A stretch of 32,000 nt of DNA from Mycobacterium phage StAugustine. Shown here piece after piece: positions 8,222 through 17,173 of the stretch (its first letter is position 1; each line of letters begins with the position of its first letter). The position numbers were made by a program, and so were the translations under genes. The stretch lies in sequence record PV251870.1. One strand, written 5' to 3'. The notes below the pieces were generated by a model. That model searched no databases. It was not told where the DNA came from and saw only the letters and a list, made by a program, of their open reading frames with translations.

Positions 8222-8362
8222 CGCAACCTCCCACCGTCGCGCCGAGACCTCACCGGGGATGATGCCACCAAATTGACGACCGCGCGCGGTAATTGAAGAC
8301 GCGTCGGCGAGCCGCCGTACCAGCGGTTTTGCTACAACGGGTGGTACATACCAACCGTCGGA

Positions 8363-8920
8363 TTAGCGGCCGATTTTCTGCATCACGGTCTCCCAGTGAG
8401 CCTTCGGATAGTCGTCGATCGGATAGCCCTCATCGCGGGCGACGATCGCGCCGATCAGCAGGGCGTCGGCCTCGTCGTTCCCCGTGAGTTCGACGTTCGG
8501 GAACCTCCGGATGGCGCTGGCGAGCACCGCGTCCTTGTTCGCGTTCCCCTTGCCGGTGGCGTACTTCATTCGCAGGCTCGGCGGGACGATGACCAGCGGC
8601 GTAGCTGTCGAGACGCAGACGTCGACGATCCGGCCCCACAGCCAGTGCAGGGCGTGGGCGCCGGTCCCCATGCTGGAGAAGCTCACGCCTTCCAGGCCGA
8701 CGGCGTCCGCCTCTCGGATGTGGGGCTCCATCGCGGTGACGATCTCCGAGATCCGCAGCGACATCGTCGCCGCGGACTTGTCGCCCTTCGTCGGCTTCGA
8801 AGTGATCCGCCAGACGTCGATCGCCGGCGGGATGTCAGGGTTCGATCCCACGTGGATCCGAGCCATCCCGCTGGAGGTCAGCGAGGAGTCGATCCCGAGG
8901 AACTTGTGTCCGAGTGCCAT
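8363..8920 (-). CDS. RuvC-like Holliday junction resolvase / RNase H-fold endonuclease
   Basis: 185 aa; KFLGIDSSLTSSGMARI (first acidic motif), AVGLEGVSFSSMGTGAHALHWLWGRIVD, TGNDEADALLIGAIVA (last Asp motif). Confidence 0.85.
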   Translation of the reverse strand: MALGHKFLGIDSSLTSSGMARIHVGSNPDIPPAIDVWRITSKPTKGDKSAATMSLRISEIVTAMEPHIREADAVGLEGVSFSSMGTGAHALHWLWGRIVDVCVSTATPLVIVPPSLRMKYATGKGNANKDAVLASAIRRFPNVELTGNDEADALLIGAIVARDEGYPIDDYPKAHWETVMQKIGR

Positions 8921-8926
8921 GGCCGC

Positions 8927-8932
8927 AGGCTA
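8927..8932 (-). promoter_or_regulatory. Putative -10 box (TAGCCT on minus strand) of a leaderless promoter for the RuvC-like gene
   Basis: TAGCCT-6 nt-ATG, no Shine-Dalgarno. Confidence 0.45.
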
Positions 8933-8948
8933 CTCTCGCTCGGCGAGG

Positions 8949-8954
8949 TATTGT
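8949..8954 (+). promoter_or_regulatory. Putative -10 box (TATTGT) of a leaderless promoter for the gene at 8961
   Basis: TATTGT-6 nt-ATG; divergent from the RuvC-like promoter within a 40-bp gap. Confidence 0.5.
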
Positions 8955-8960
8955 GCCAGC

Positions 8961-9371
8961 ATGAGCCTTGGGCTGGGAACTCTAATCGTTTTCACATACG
9001 TACTGGCCGTCATGCGGCTGACCCGACTGATCAATGGGGACACGATTCTCGACCGGCTGCGGCTGATCCCGGCGACGCGGGCCCACAACTACCGCAAGCA
9101 GAGCATCGAGGCGCGGCGGTCGGGGCAGAAGGAGACCGCGGCGATGCTCGACCGGAAATCCCGGCGGTGGTCGACCCTGCTCTACTTCATCGAGTGCCCC
9201 TGGTGCGTGGGGATGTGGATCTGCCTCGGCACCGCCTGGATCCCGCTTTACTTCTGGGACGTGGCGTTCTTCCAGTACATTGGGATCGCCCTCGCCGCAT
9301 CCCACCTCATCGGTGTCTTCGCGTTTGCGGCGGACACGGAGGAGGTCGAGGTTGAGGAAGCCACCGACTAG
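8961..9371 (+). CDS. DUF1360-like membrane protein
   Basis: ATG at 8961 (136 aa; the track ORF from 8484 overlaps the RuvC-like gene). MSLGLGTLIVFTYVLAVMRLTRLINGDTI...YFIECPWCVGMWICLGTAWIPLYFW... Confidence 0.75.
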   Translation: MSLGLGTLIVFTYVLAVMRLTRLINGDTILDRLRLIPATRAHNYRKQSIEARRSGQKETAAMLDRKSRRWSTLLYFIECPWCVGMWICLGTAWIPLYFWDVAFFQYIGIALAASHLIGVFAFAADTEEVEVEEATD

Positions 9372-9384
9372 CACCTCGGCTGGA

Positions 9385-9390
9385 TACCGT
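9385..9390 (+). promoter_or_regulatory. Putative -10 box (TACCGT) of a leaderless promoter for the portal gene
   Basis: TACCGT-TAGCAC-ATG; compare TACTCT-CAGCAC-ATG at 347-361. Confidence 0.5.
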
Positions 9391-9396
9391 TAGCAC

Positions 9397-11364
9397 ATGG
9401 CCACCTCGTCTCTGCGCATTACGCGACGTCCGAAGGGCCGTGGGAGCAAGAAGACCTCGCTGAACTCGCTCACTGCCGCGAGCCGCCCCGTGCTGGATGT
9501 CGCCGCCGAGTTCAAGGGCTCCATGGGCGGCGGCGGGAACGACTGGCAGCAGCTCGCGTGGGAGATGTACGACCGGGTCGGCGAGCTGCGGTACTGGGCA
9601 GGCTGGCGCGCAGGCTCATGCTCGCGGGTTAAGATGGTCGCTACCTGCGTCGACCCGATCAGCGGCAAGCCCCTGGGCGGCCTCGAAGCCGCCGAGAACG
9701 AGAGCGAGGCGGAGTACGTCCAGCAGATCGTCTCCGGCATCGCCGATGGCCAGCTGGGCCAGACGCAGCTGATCCGACGGGCCGTGGAAGCCCTCAGCAT
9801 CGCGGGTGAGACCTGGATCGCCATCCTCGATCGGGGCGAGAAGGACTTCGACGGCGAGCCTCGAATGAGCTGGTACGTGCTGGCGGCCGAAGAGGTCAAG
9901 ACCAGCTCAGGCGGCCTGGTCGAGATCGAGCTCCCCGACCGGGAGCGCCACGAGTTCAACGAGTCGTCCGACTCGATCATCCACATCTGGATCCCCTCGC
10001 CGAGGAAGGCTTCAGAGCCCGACAGCCCCGTGCGGGCGGCGCTCGACTCCCTGCAGGAGATCGTCCGGACGACAAAGACGATCGCTAACGCGAGCAAGTC
10101 TCGCCTGATCGGCAACGGCATCCTGTTCTTGCCGCAGGAGATGAGCCTCCCGGCGACCCAGAGCCCGACGGCCGACCGCGGCGACGATGACGATGAGGAC
10201 GATGAGCTGCTCGCCATCTCCGGCACGCCAGCGGTGAAGCAGCTGCAGGAGCTGCTCTGGCAGGTAGCGACCACCGCCTACGACGATGAGGACAGCATGG
10301 CGGCCCTCATCCCGATGATGGCGACGGTCCCGGCGGAGCAGATCGCCAAGGTCCAGCACATCAAGTTCGACAACCAGGTCACGCAGGTCGCCATCCAGAC
10401 CCGAAACGACGCGATCAGCCGACTGGCCATGTCGCTCGACGTCGCTCCGGAGCGGTTGCTCGGCCTGGGGTCCAGCACCAACCACTGGACGGCATGGCAG
10501 ATCTCGGACGAGGACGTCAACCTGCACATCGCCCCGGTGATGGAGCTGATCTGCCAGGCACTGACGAAGAACGTCCTGCACAAGATCCTCGAAGAGGAGG
10601 GGATCGACCCGCGTCGGTACATGATCTGGTACGACGCGAGCAGCCTCACCGTCGACCCGGATAAGACGAACGCGGCCACCGGGGCCTTCACCAACGGAGC
10701 CATCAACGCCGAGGCGTACCGCGACTACCTGGGCCTGGACGCCAGCGCCGGGTACGACTTCACCACCGACGAGGGCTGGCAGGCATGGGCCCGCGACATC
10801 GTCGGCCGGCAGCCTCAGTTCGCGCCGATCTTCCGACGGATGCTCGGACCCAACGCGAAGGGCCTCCCGCTGGAGATCGAAGAGTCGGCTGCGACCGGCG
10901 CCGCCGCGCGTCCGCCGACACCGGGCGAGCAGCGACAGCCGCAACAGCAGAAGGCAGCGCCGACGCCGCCGGCGAAGAAGCCGTCGACCGAGGCACAATC
11001 CCGGGCGGCGAACCGCGCTGGCGTCACCAGTCAGACCGCGAGCAGCCTGCCGGAGGCTGTGGAGCTCACCATGGTCGAGCGCATGCTGACGAACCGCGCG
11101 CTGGAGCTGGCGGGGAAGCGCATGCGGAAGCGGTCGGATCACGAGCGTCTCCGGAGCGTGCCGCTGGCGATGACCCACCGGTTCATGCCTCCCGTCGACA
11201 GCGCTGACGTCCCGAGGCTCATCGCTGGCTGGGACAGCGTGCTCGCCGACGAGGCGATCCAGCTCATGCCCATCGACACCGAGGAGCTGCGGGCCAAGGC
11301 GCTCGCAGCGATTCGGCGAGAGCTCACCGCGGGAGTGATCGACGTGCAGTTCGAGGAAGCCTGA
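9397..11364 (+). CDS. Portal protein
   Basis: 655 aa; size, position after TerL and before the protease, sequence pattern ...WEMYDRVGELRYWAGWRAGSCSRVKM...ERLLGLGSSTNHWTAWQISDEDVNLHIAPVMELICQALT. Confidence 0.85.
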   Translation: MATSSLRITRRPKGRGSKKTSLNSLTAASRPVLDVAAEFKGSMGGGGNDWQQLAWEMYDRVGELRYWAGWRAGSCSRVKMVATCVDPISGKPLGGLEAAENESEAEYVQQIVSGIADGQLGQTQLIRRAVEALSIAGETWIAILDRGEKDFDGEPRMSWYVLAAEEVKTSSGGLVEIELPDRERHEFNESSDSIIHIWIPSPRKASEPDSPVRAALDSLQEIVRTTKTIANASKSRLIGNGILFLPQEMSLPATQSPTADRGDDDDEDDELLAISGTPAVKQLQELLWQVATTAYDDEDSMAALIPMMATVPAEQIAKVQHIKFDNQVTQVAIQTRNDAISRLAMSLDVAPERLLGLGSSTNHWTAWQISDEDVNLHIAPVMELICQALTKNVLHKILEEEGIDPRRYMIWYDASSLTVDPDKTNAATGAFTNGAINAEAYRDYLGLDASAGYDFTTDEGWQAWARDIVGRQPQFAPIFRRMLGPNAKGLPLEIEESAATGAAARPPTPGEQRQPQQQKAAPTPPAKKPSTEAQSRAANRAGVTSQTASSLPEAVELTMVERMLTNRALELAGKRMRKRSDHERLRSVPLAMTHRFMPPVDSADVPRLIAGWDSVLADEAIQLMPIDTEELRAKALAAIRRELTAGVIDVQFEEA

Positions 11365-11414
11365 CCTGCCGACCACGCCGGTATGGTCCCGTCAGACGCT
11401 GAAGGAGAGGATCC

Positions 11415-12941
11415 ATGGAGTACACCCTTGAGGAGTGGCAGGCGTGGCTGGCCGCCGAGGAGGCTTTCCTGGCGCAGCAGGCCGACCCCGCTCCCGCCGA
11501 TGAGTCGTCCGAAGAGCTGATCGCGGCCTCGCCGGCCACAGCGATCGCCGTTGAGCCCACCCAGGAGATGTTCCGGACCTTCACCAACCAGCCGATCGCG
11601 GTGCTGGGCGAGGAGACCACGGACAATCGCATCCTCGCCGAGGACGGGAAGTTCACCTTCGCCGACACCCCCATGCCGCTGCAGTGGACCGAGAAGGTCG
11701 AGGGCGGGCATATGGGTTCCTGCACCGTCGGCGTGATCGAGAAGATCGCCAAGCGCGGGAACCAGATCCTCGCGTCCGGCTACCTGCTCAACATGGGCGA
11801 CTGCGAGCGCGTCGCCCAGCTGCTCGCGCACAAGGTCGCCAGCCCCAGCGCCGACATGGGCAAGGCCGAGTGGCACTACACCGACGAGAAGGGCCGTGAG
11901 CTCTCCTCGAACGAGGAGATCATGGAGCACCTGGAGAAGGGCGGCTCCCTGCGACGCAAGATCACCTCCGGCCACATCGTCGGCGCGACCCTGGTGCCGT
12001 TCCCGGCCATCGGCTCGGCGACGCTGACCCTTGACAGCAAGCGGTCTCCGCGCGATGTTGGTCTCGTTGCATCGGCGCAGGCGTCGTTCTCGCCGCGGGT
12101 CTACGACCACAAGCTGTTCGAGGATCCGCAGCTGACCGGGCCGACGCCGCTCACCATGGACGAGAACGGACGGATCTATGGGCACCTGGCAGTCTTTGGT
12201 CAGTGCCATCGCAGCATTCAGTCTCAGTGCGTCATGGTTCCGCGCAGTCCTTCGGGATATGCCAACTTCCACACCAGTCCGCCAGTCCGCCTCGACAACG
12301 GACAGCGGCTCGCCGTCGGGCGCCTCACCGTCGGAACTGGGCACGCTGATCCCCGACTCCGGCCTGTCCCTGCAGCAGCCCACTACGACAACACCGGGTC
12401 CTGCTTCGCCCTCGTCCGCGCGGGAGAAGACGCGCACGGCGTATGGGTCTCTGGCGTGGCCGCTCCCTGGGCCACCACAGAGCAGATCGAAGAGGGTCTC
12501 GCTTCGCCCCTGAGCGGTGACTGGCGGAACTTCGGACAGGGTCTCGACCTCGTCGCGGCGCTGTCGGTCAACACCCCGGGCTTCGCTGTCCAGGGCAGCG
12601 ACGATTCCGAGGGCCACGCTGTGTCGATGGTCGCTTCGGTCAGCCCCGTGCGGACGCCGCGGACCAAGGACGTCACCGCCGACAACATCCGCGAGTGGAT
12701 CCGGGAGGCGATCGTCACGCTCGCCGCGGTCCCGCAGTCGCAGACGGACGGCTACGTCCAGCCGCAGAGCCTGGGCGAGGAAGAGCTGGCGGAGGAGACC
12801 ACCGAAGAGGCCGCTCCGGAGGCACCTGCAGAGGTCCCCCCGAAGCTCGCCGCCGCCATCGCAGACGCGGAGGCTGCGGCTGCCGCCGGCAAGTCCTACA
12901 ACGAGCAGATCGCTGAGATCCTCGGAGAGGTGAACGCCTGA
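11415..12941 (+). CDS. Capsid maturation (prohead) protease
   Basis: 508 aa; GKFTFADTPMPLQWTEKVEGGHMGSCTVGVIEKIAKRGNQILASGYLL...KITSGHIVGATLVPFPAIGSATLTL; GGAGAGG RBS. Confidence 0.75.
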   Translation: MEYTLEEWQAWLAAEEAFLAQQADPAPADESSEELIAASPATAIAVEPTQEMFRTFTNQPIAVLGEETTDNRILAEDGKFTFADTPMPLQWTEKVEGGHMGSCTVGVIEKIAKRGNQILASGYLLNMGDCERVAQLLAHKVASPSADMGKAEWHYTDEKGRELSSNEEIMEHLEKGGSLRRKITSGHIVGATLVPFPAIGSATLTLDSKRSPRDVGLVASAQASFSPRVYDHKLFEDPQLTGPTPLTMDENGRIYGHLAVFGQCHRSIQSQCVMVPRSPSGYANFHTSPPVRLDNGQRLAVGRLTVGTGHADPRLRPVPAAAHYDNTGSCFALVRAGEDAHGVWVSGVAAPWATTEQIEEGLASPLSGDWRNFGQGLDLVAALSVNTPGFAVQGSDDSEGHAVSMVASVSPVRTPRTKDVTADNIREWIREAIVTLAAVPQSQTDGYVQPQSLGEEELAEETTEEAAPEAPAEVPPKLAAAIADAEAAAAAGKSYNEQIAEILGEVNA

Positions 12942-13135
12942 TGGGATGCAACTGCGGGGGCAGCACGCGTGGCGGCCGCAGCCGTGGCGAAGTGACCGGC
13001 TACGACTACATCGACCCAGACGGTCGTTCGTACTTCGATATGAACGGCGCCTACCTGCCGACCCTCCAGGACGCACGTGCTGAGCAGCGCGTTCATGGGG
13101 GCGGCTCCATCAAAGTCATCCGGGCGAAGGACTAA
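12941..13135 (+). CDS. Small protein between protease and capsid
   Basis: 64 aa, MGCNCGGSTRGGRSRGEVTGYDYIDPDGRSYFDMNGAYLPTLQDARAEQRVHGGGSIKVIRAKD; overlaps upstream stop. Confidence 0.6.
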   Translation: MGCNCGGSTRGGRSRGEVTGYDYIDPDGRSYFDMNGAYLPTLQDARAEQRVHGGGSIKVIRAKD

Positions 13136-13253
13136 CCGCACCCCGGTGTTATAGCTTCGGTTCCCAGCAAGACCGGCGTTGGTATGGCTACGGGCCTCAA
13201 GGCGAGTCGCGCGACCGAAGACCGTTTCATAGGAACTGAGACAGGAGTTCGCA

Positions 13254-15374
13254 GTGGACCTCGAAGCTTTGCTTGCCGCGCTGGGTGAGCAGCTCCCTGC
13301 CACCGTCGACGAGCAGAGTGCTCTGCTGTCGACCATCCAGCCGCACATCGATCTGATCAAGGCCCGCGCCAAGGTCGGTCAGCAGCTCTCCAGCGAGGAC
13401 GTCGCCACCCTGCGCGCACTCGTCGAGGGCAAGGAGGCCCTGGAGGCCGCCATCGCTGAGACCCAGGAGCGCGAGCGCGCCGACGCCGAGGAGCTGGCCA
13501 ACCTGCTCGCTCGTGCGGAGGGCGCACAGGCCCAGCAGGCGACCGAAGAGCTCGCCGAGGAGCAGGAGGCTCCGGCCGACGCTCCCGAAGAGGATGCTCC
13601 GTCCGAGGAGTTCGCTTCCGAGGACGAGCAGGCCGAGGAGGCTCCCGTCGAGGAGACCCCGAACGCTCCCGCGACCGTCACGGCAGGCGCACCCGCTTCC
13701 AACGGAGGTCGCCGTCCCGTGAACTACTCGGGTCTCAACAACAACGACGCGCCAGCCACCAAGGCGGGCCCCGCGTGGCGCATGCGCGCAGGCGCTCCCG
13801 GCTACGTCGAGGGACCCGTGACCTTCGCCCAGCTGGCGAGGGCCGTCGATGGCATCACCAAGGGCACCCGCTCCGCGCGTACCTTCAGCGCCGAGGGCCG
13901 TGGCAACCACCTCGCCCAGGTGCTGGCCGAGGTTCCCCGCGACGTTCCGCTGATCCAGGATCCGCACGAGCTGATCGCTGAGATCGAGCGTGTCACCTCG
14001 ACCGTCCCGGTTCGTCGAGGCTCGGACGAGCGTGTCCCCGCCACTGCAGAGGCGCTGGTCGCCGCCGGTGGCTGGTGCGCACCGTCGGAGATCCTCTACG
14101 ACTTCTGCGACGTGCCGAACGCGACCGATCTGATCTCGGTCCCCGAGATCACGATCAACCGCGGCGGCATCCGCTGGCCGGCCGAGCCGGACATGACGGA
14201 GATCTTCGAGAATTTCGAGTTCTTCTTCACCGAGCCGCAGCTGGAGGCCACTCCGCCGCCGGAGAAGGAGTGCATCGAGATCCCGTGCCCCGAAGAGTTC
14301 GAGGAGATGCGGCTGTCGGTCGTCGGCTACTGCGTCTCGGCGGGCATCCTGCAGACGCAGGGCTGGCCGGAGCTCATCGAGTGGTTCATGCAGCAGCTGA
14401 CCGCGGAGCACCTGCGCGCGATCAGCCGTCGGACCATCCTCGACATGGTCAACGACTCGACGCTGCGGACGTTCTCGGACGCCAATGTCATCGGCACCTC
14501 GGGCGCCGTGCTCAACAGCCTCGACCTGATGGCGACCAACATTCGCCTGAACCGCGGCCTGCCGCGCAACGCTACCATCGAGGGCGTCGCTCCGAGCTGG
14601 CTGCTGTCGGTCATCAAGGCTGACTGGACCTACCGCGGCTCCGACGTTGCCAACCACAACGTCACCGACGCGATGGTTCAGAGCTGGCTGGCGTCGCGCA
14701 ACATCGCGCTCCAGTTCGTCGGCGACTGGCAGACCCGCGGCCCGTCCCAGCCGGGTCGCCTGGACACCCTGCGGTGGCCGGGTCACGTGGACGTCCTGCT
14801 CTACCCCGCAGGTACCTGGTTCCGAGCGATGCAGAACGTCATCGAGATCGGCATCATGTACCCGAAGGAGCAGCTGGTCCTCAACCGGTACACCCGGATG
14901 TTCACCGAGGACGCCATCGCGGTCGGCCGCCGGTGCCATCCCTCGACCGTCGTGCGCATCCCGCTCGCGGTCGACGGCGCCATCGGTGCCCGCGAGTCCA
15001 TCGCCTACAGCGACACCACGGTCCACCCGGGTAACACCTTCGGGTCGATCTACGGTGCGCCGCAGCCGGGTGGACAGGCAGGCGTCAGCTTCGAGGACTA
15101 CGAGCTCGCGGTCACGGGTTCGCCGACCGGCGGCACCTTCAAGATCACGCTCACCCCGGGCGGCGAGACCGCGACCATCCCGTACAACGCCACTGCGGCC
15201 GTTGTGGCGGAGAAGATCGCTGACCTCGGCGTCCTGTCGCAGAACCAGGTCAAGGCCACCGGCGGCGCGCTGCCGGGTAACGCGGTCAACCTGACCCTGC
15301 CTGCGGGTTACGTCCCGACCGTCACCTCGAAGGCGTTCACGGGCGGCACCTCGCCGGACGCGGCCATCAGCTAG
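13254..15374 (+). CDS. Major capsid protein with fused acidic N-terminal (scaffold-like) region and C-terminal accessory domain
   Basis: 706 aa from GTG with ACAGGAG RBS; position after protease; Glu/Ala-rich helical N-terminus (~160 aa) then MRAGAPGYVEGPVTFAQLARAVDGITKGTR...; see findings for the C-terminus. Confidence 0.82.
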   Translation: MDLEALLAALGEQLPATVDEQSALLSTIQPHIDLIKARAKVGQQLSSEDVATLRALVEGKEALEAAIAETQERERADAEELANLLARAEGAQAQQATEELAEEQEAPADAPEEDAPSEEFASEDEQAEEAPVEETPNAPATVTAGAPASNGGRRPVNYSGLNNNDAPATKAGPAWRMRAGAPGYVEGPVTFAQLARAVDGITKGTRSARTFSAEGRGNHLAQVLAEVPRDVPLIQDPHELIAEIERVTSTVPVRRGSDERVPATAEALVAAGGWCAPSEILYDFCDVPNATDLISVPEITINRGGIRWPAEPDMTEIFENFEFFFTEPQLEATPPPEKECIEIPCPEEFEEMRLSVVGYCVSAGILQTQGWPELIEWFMQQLTAEHLRAISRRTILDMVNDSTLRTFSDANVIGTSGAVLNSLDLMATNIRLNRGLPRNATIEGVAPSWLLSVIKADWTYRGSDVANHNVTDAMVQSWLASRNIALQFVGDWQTRGPSQPGRLDTLRWPGHVDVLLYPAGTWFRAMQNVIEIGIMYPKEQLVLNRYTRMFTEDAIAVGRRCHPSTVVRIPLAVDGAIGARESIAYSDTTVHPGNTFGSIYGAPQPGGQAGVSFEDYELAVTGSPTGGTFKITLTPGGETATIPYNATAAVVAEKIADLGVLSQNQVKATGGALPGNAVNLTLPAGYVPTVTSKAFTGGTSPDAAIS

Positions 15375-15396
15375 CCCAGAGGTCGCTCACACGGAC

Positions 15397-15449
15397 AAGG
15401 CAGGTGACGTGGGTAAAGTCAGTCCGAGGCCGCCCACGTCACCTGCCTT
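15397..15449 (+). terminator. Terminator-like hairpin after major capsid gene
   Basis: Perfect 17-bp inverted repeat AAGGCAGGTGACGTGGG (15397-15413) / CCCACGTCACCTGCCTT (15433-15449), 19-nt loop; no long T-tract. Confidence 0.75.
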
Positions 15450-15470
15450 CTGGGGTTTCAGGAGGGCAAG

Positions 15471-16352
15471 ATGACCACCATCATGGATGTCGCGAGCATC
15501 CAGTTCGATCCGCCGATCGTCCGACCGACCCCGAACGGCCTGTTCGCGGTCATCGCGCAGGGCAACGCCTGGACGGACGTCGGCTCCGAAGCCAACCGGT
15601 TCTCGATCAACGGCGTCGAGGTCCGAGCGTTCAACTACGACGGCCACCTGTCGACCGGCCTGTGGGAGGCGGGTTACTGCGGCACCCCGCAGGACGTCGC
15701 TGACAGCAAGGGGTACGGAGCCACCCGGCCGGAGTTCCCGGACCCGTTCGACCCGATCGTGGTCTGGGCCTGGGACATGTGCGACTTCACTCCGCAGAGT
15801 CGTGCGGAGGTAGAACGCAACGCTGAGCACTGGCTGGCCATCAACGGCCCGCTGGATGTCGAGCGGCACTTCGCAGCACGCCTGCTGGCCGACGCACCCA
15901 CGCCGACCGAGGTCGAGTCGTTCATGGCTGCTCTGGCCACCCTGGAGGCGGCTATCGCAGCGACGGGGCTGCCGGGGTACATCCACGCCAGTGCCTACTG
16001 GGCGCCGTACGCGGCCCAGGCGATGGCTGTGAAGCCGGAACCCCTGGGCTCCCCGCAGAAGACGCATATGGGCACCACCTGGGTGTTCGGAGGCGGCTAC
16101 GTGGGAACTCTGGACAACGTGCTGGTCGCTACCAGCCAGCCATACGGCTGGCGGGATGCACCCGCGCTCACCACGGGCGCGGTCGAGCCCAACGTCGGGT
16201 CGGCTGCCGATCGGTACCGCAACAACTTCGTCGCGGTCGCAGAGCAGACGTTCGTCGTAGGCTACGAGAAGCTGATCGCCGCGGTGGAGATCGTCCCACC
16301 AGCTTCGACGCCGCCGGATGACACGCCGCCTGAAGAGGAAGAGGAGCCCTGA
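15471..16352 (+). CDS. Putative structural / head-associated protein
   Basis: 293 aa, AGGAGGG RBS, directly downstream of capsid gene; family not recognised. Confidence 0.55.
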   Translation: MTTIMDVASIQFDPPIVRPTPNGLFAVIAQGNAWTDVGSEANRFSINGVEVRAFNYDGHLSTGLWEAGYCGTPQDVADSKGYGATRPEFPDPFDPIVVWAWDMCDFTPQSRAEVERNAEHWLAINGPLDVERHFAARLLADAPTPTEVESFMAALATLEAAIAATGLPGYIHASAYWAPYAAQAMAVKPEPLGSPQKTHMGTTWVFGGGYVGTLDNVLVATSQPYGWRDAPALTTGAVEPNVGSAADRYRNNFVAVAEQTFVVGYEKLIAAVEIVPPASTPPDDTPPEEEEEP

Positions 16353-16744
16353 TGCCTGAGGGTGTGAACGTCACAGTCGATGGTCCGTACGCGCGGATCA
16401 GCTTCCCGGATCTGTCGAAGAAGGGGCCAGCGCTGGCAGCGCTGCTGGAGACTGGAGCCCCGATCGAGGTCCGTACCGGAGGCCTCCGTCGGGAGTACAT
16501 CGTCCCCGAGGGCAACGCCCGCGAGGCGGGTCTCATCGACGAGCCGAAGTCGACCAAGAGGGTGGACAAGAAAGTGGACAAGACCACGGCCGCGGCGAGC
16601 GAATCCTCCGAGGTCAAGGCCGCTATCGGAGTGGACAACGAAGAGGACAAGGAACCGGACACCGCAGAGGCCAAGAAGGCCCCCGCGAAGAAGGCTCCAG
16701 CGAAGAAGGCAGCCCCCGCAGCAAAGGAGTCGAACGATGGCTAA
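16352..16744 (+). CDS. Virion-module protein with Lys/Ala/Pro-rich tail
   Basis: 130 aa; globular N-terminus then KKAPAKKAPAKKAAPAAKESNDG. Confidence 0.6.
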   Translation: MPEGVNVTVDGPYARISFPDLSKKGPALAALLETGAPIEVRTGGLRREYIVPEGNAREAGLIDEPKSTKRVDKKVDKTTAAASESSEVKAAIGVDNEEDKEPDTAEAKKAPAKKAPAKKAAPAAKESNDG

Positions 16745-16880
16745 GCCCACCGATGGAGCGAAGAAGGACGGCACCAGCGTCCCGAAGAAGACCCCGGCGT
16801 CGAACCAACTCCCGCCGTTCGCCCGCGGCGGTGTGAACGTCGCTGGCCCGAAGACGGGTAGTGGACGGAAGCACCTGTGA
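16737..16880 (+). CDS. Small 47-aa protein, hidden inside the longer track ORF 16380-16880
   Basis: ATG at 16737 with AAAGGAG RBS; MAKPTDGAKKDGTSVPKKTPASNQLPPFARGGVNVAGPKTGSGRKHL; GTGA overlap with holin gene. Confidence 0.6.
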   Translation: MAKPTDGAKKDGTSVPKKTPASNQLPPFARGGVNVAGPKTGSGRKHL

Positions 16881-17173
16881 CAACCGGGGTTAGCACCGTT
16901 TTCACCCGCACCTTCTGGCGTGACGCCGGAGAGCGGGCGATCAAGTCTGCGGCTCAGGCGTTCGCGCTAGCGGTCGGCGGTAACGGGGTAATCGTCGACG
17001 CATGGTCGCTCGACGTGCCCAAGATCGGTGGTCTGGTCCTCGGCGGAGCTCTGCTTTCGGTCGCTACGTCGATCCTGAGTGCTCCGTTCAGCAACCCGGG
17101 CACTGCCTCGCTGTCGAACGCAGTGGAGGTCGTCGAGCCACGGCCCACGGGCTCCGAGCCGCCGTCGACATGA
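16877..17173 (+). CDS. Holin, r1t-type
   Basis: 98 aa; FTRTFWRDAGERAIKSAAQAFALAVGG...DVPKIGGLVLGGALLSVATSILSAPF, typical actinophage r1t-holin layout. Confidence 0.75.
   Translation: MTTGVSTVFTRTFWRDAGERAIKSAAQAFALAVGGNGVIVDAWSLDVPKIGGLVLGGALLSVATSILSAPFSNPGTASLSNAVEVVEPRPTGSEPPST

Noticed and set aside
8396-9355. Plus-strand ORF of 319 aa over the RuvC-like gene
   Set aside because: Antisense to the RuvC-like gene, then out of frame with the DUF1360-like protein; neither part gives a sensible protein.
11139-13076. Minus-strand ORF of 645 aa opposite protease gene
   Set aside because: Shadow ORF from GC-rich codon bias; no recognisable motif.
13227-15026. Minus-strand ORF of 599 aa opposite the capsid gene
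   Set aside because: Same GC-bias artefact; the plus strand encodes a clear capsid protein.
16640-16744. Possible histone-like DNA-binding protein from the KKAPAKKAPAKKAA tail
   Set aside because: Lys/Ala/Pro tails are common low-complexity ends in actinophage virion proteins; not enough to claim a nucleoid protein.
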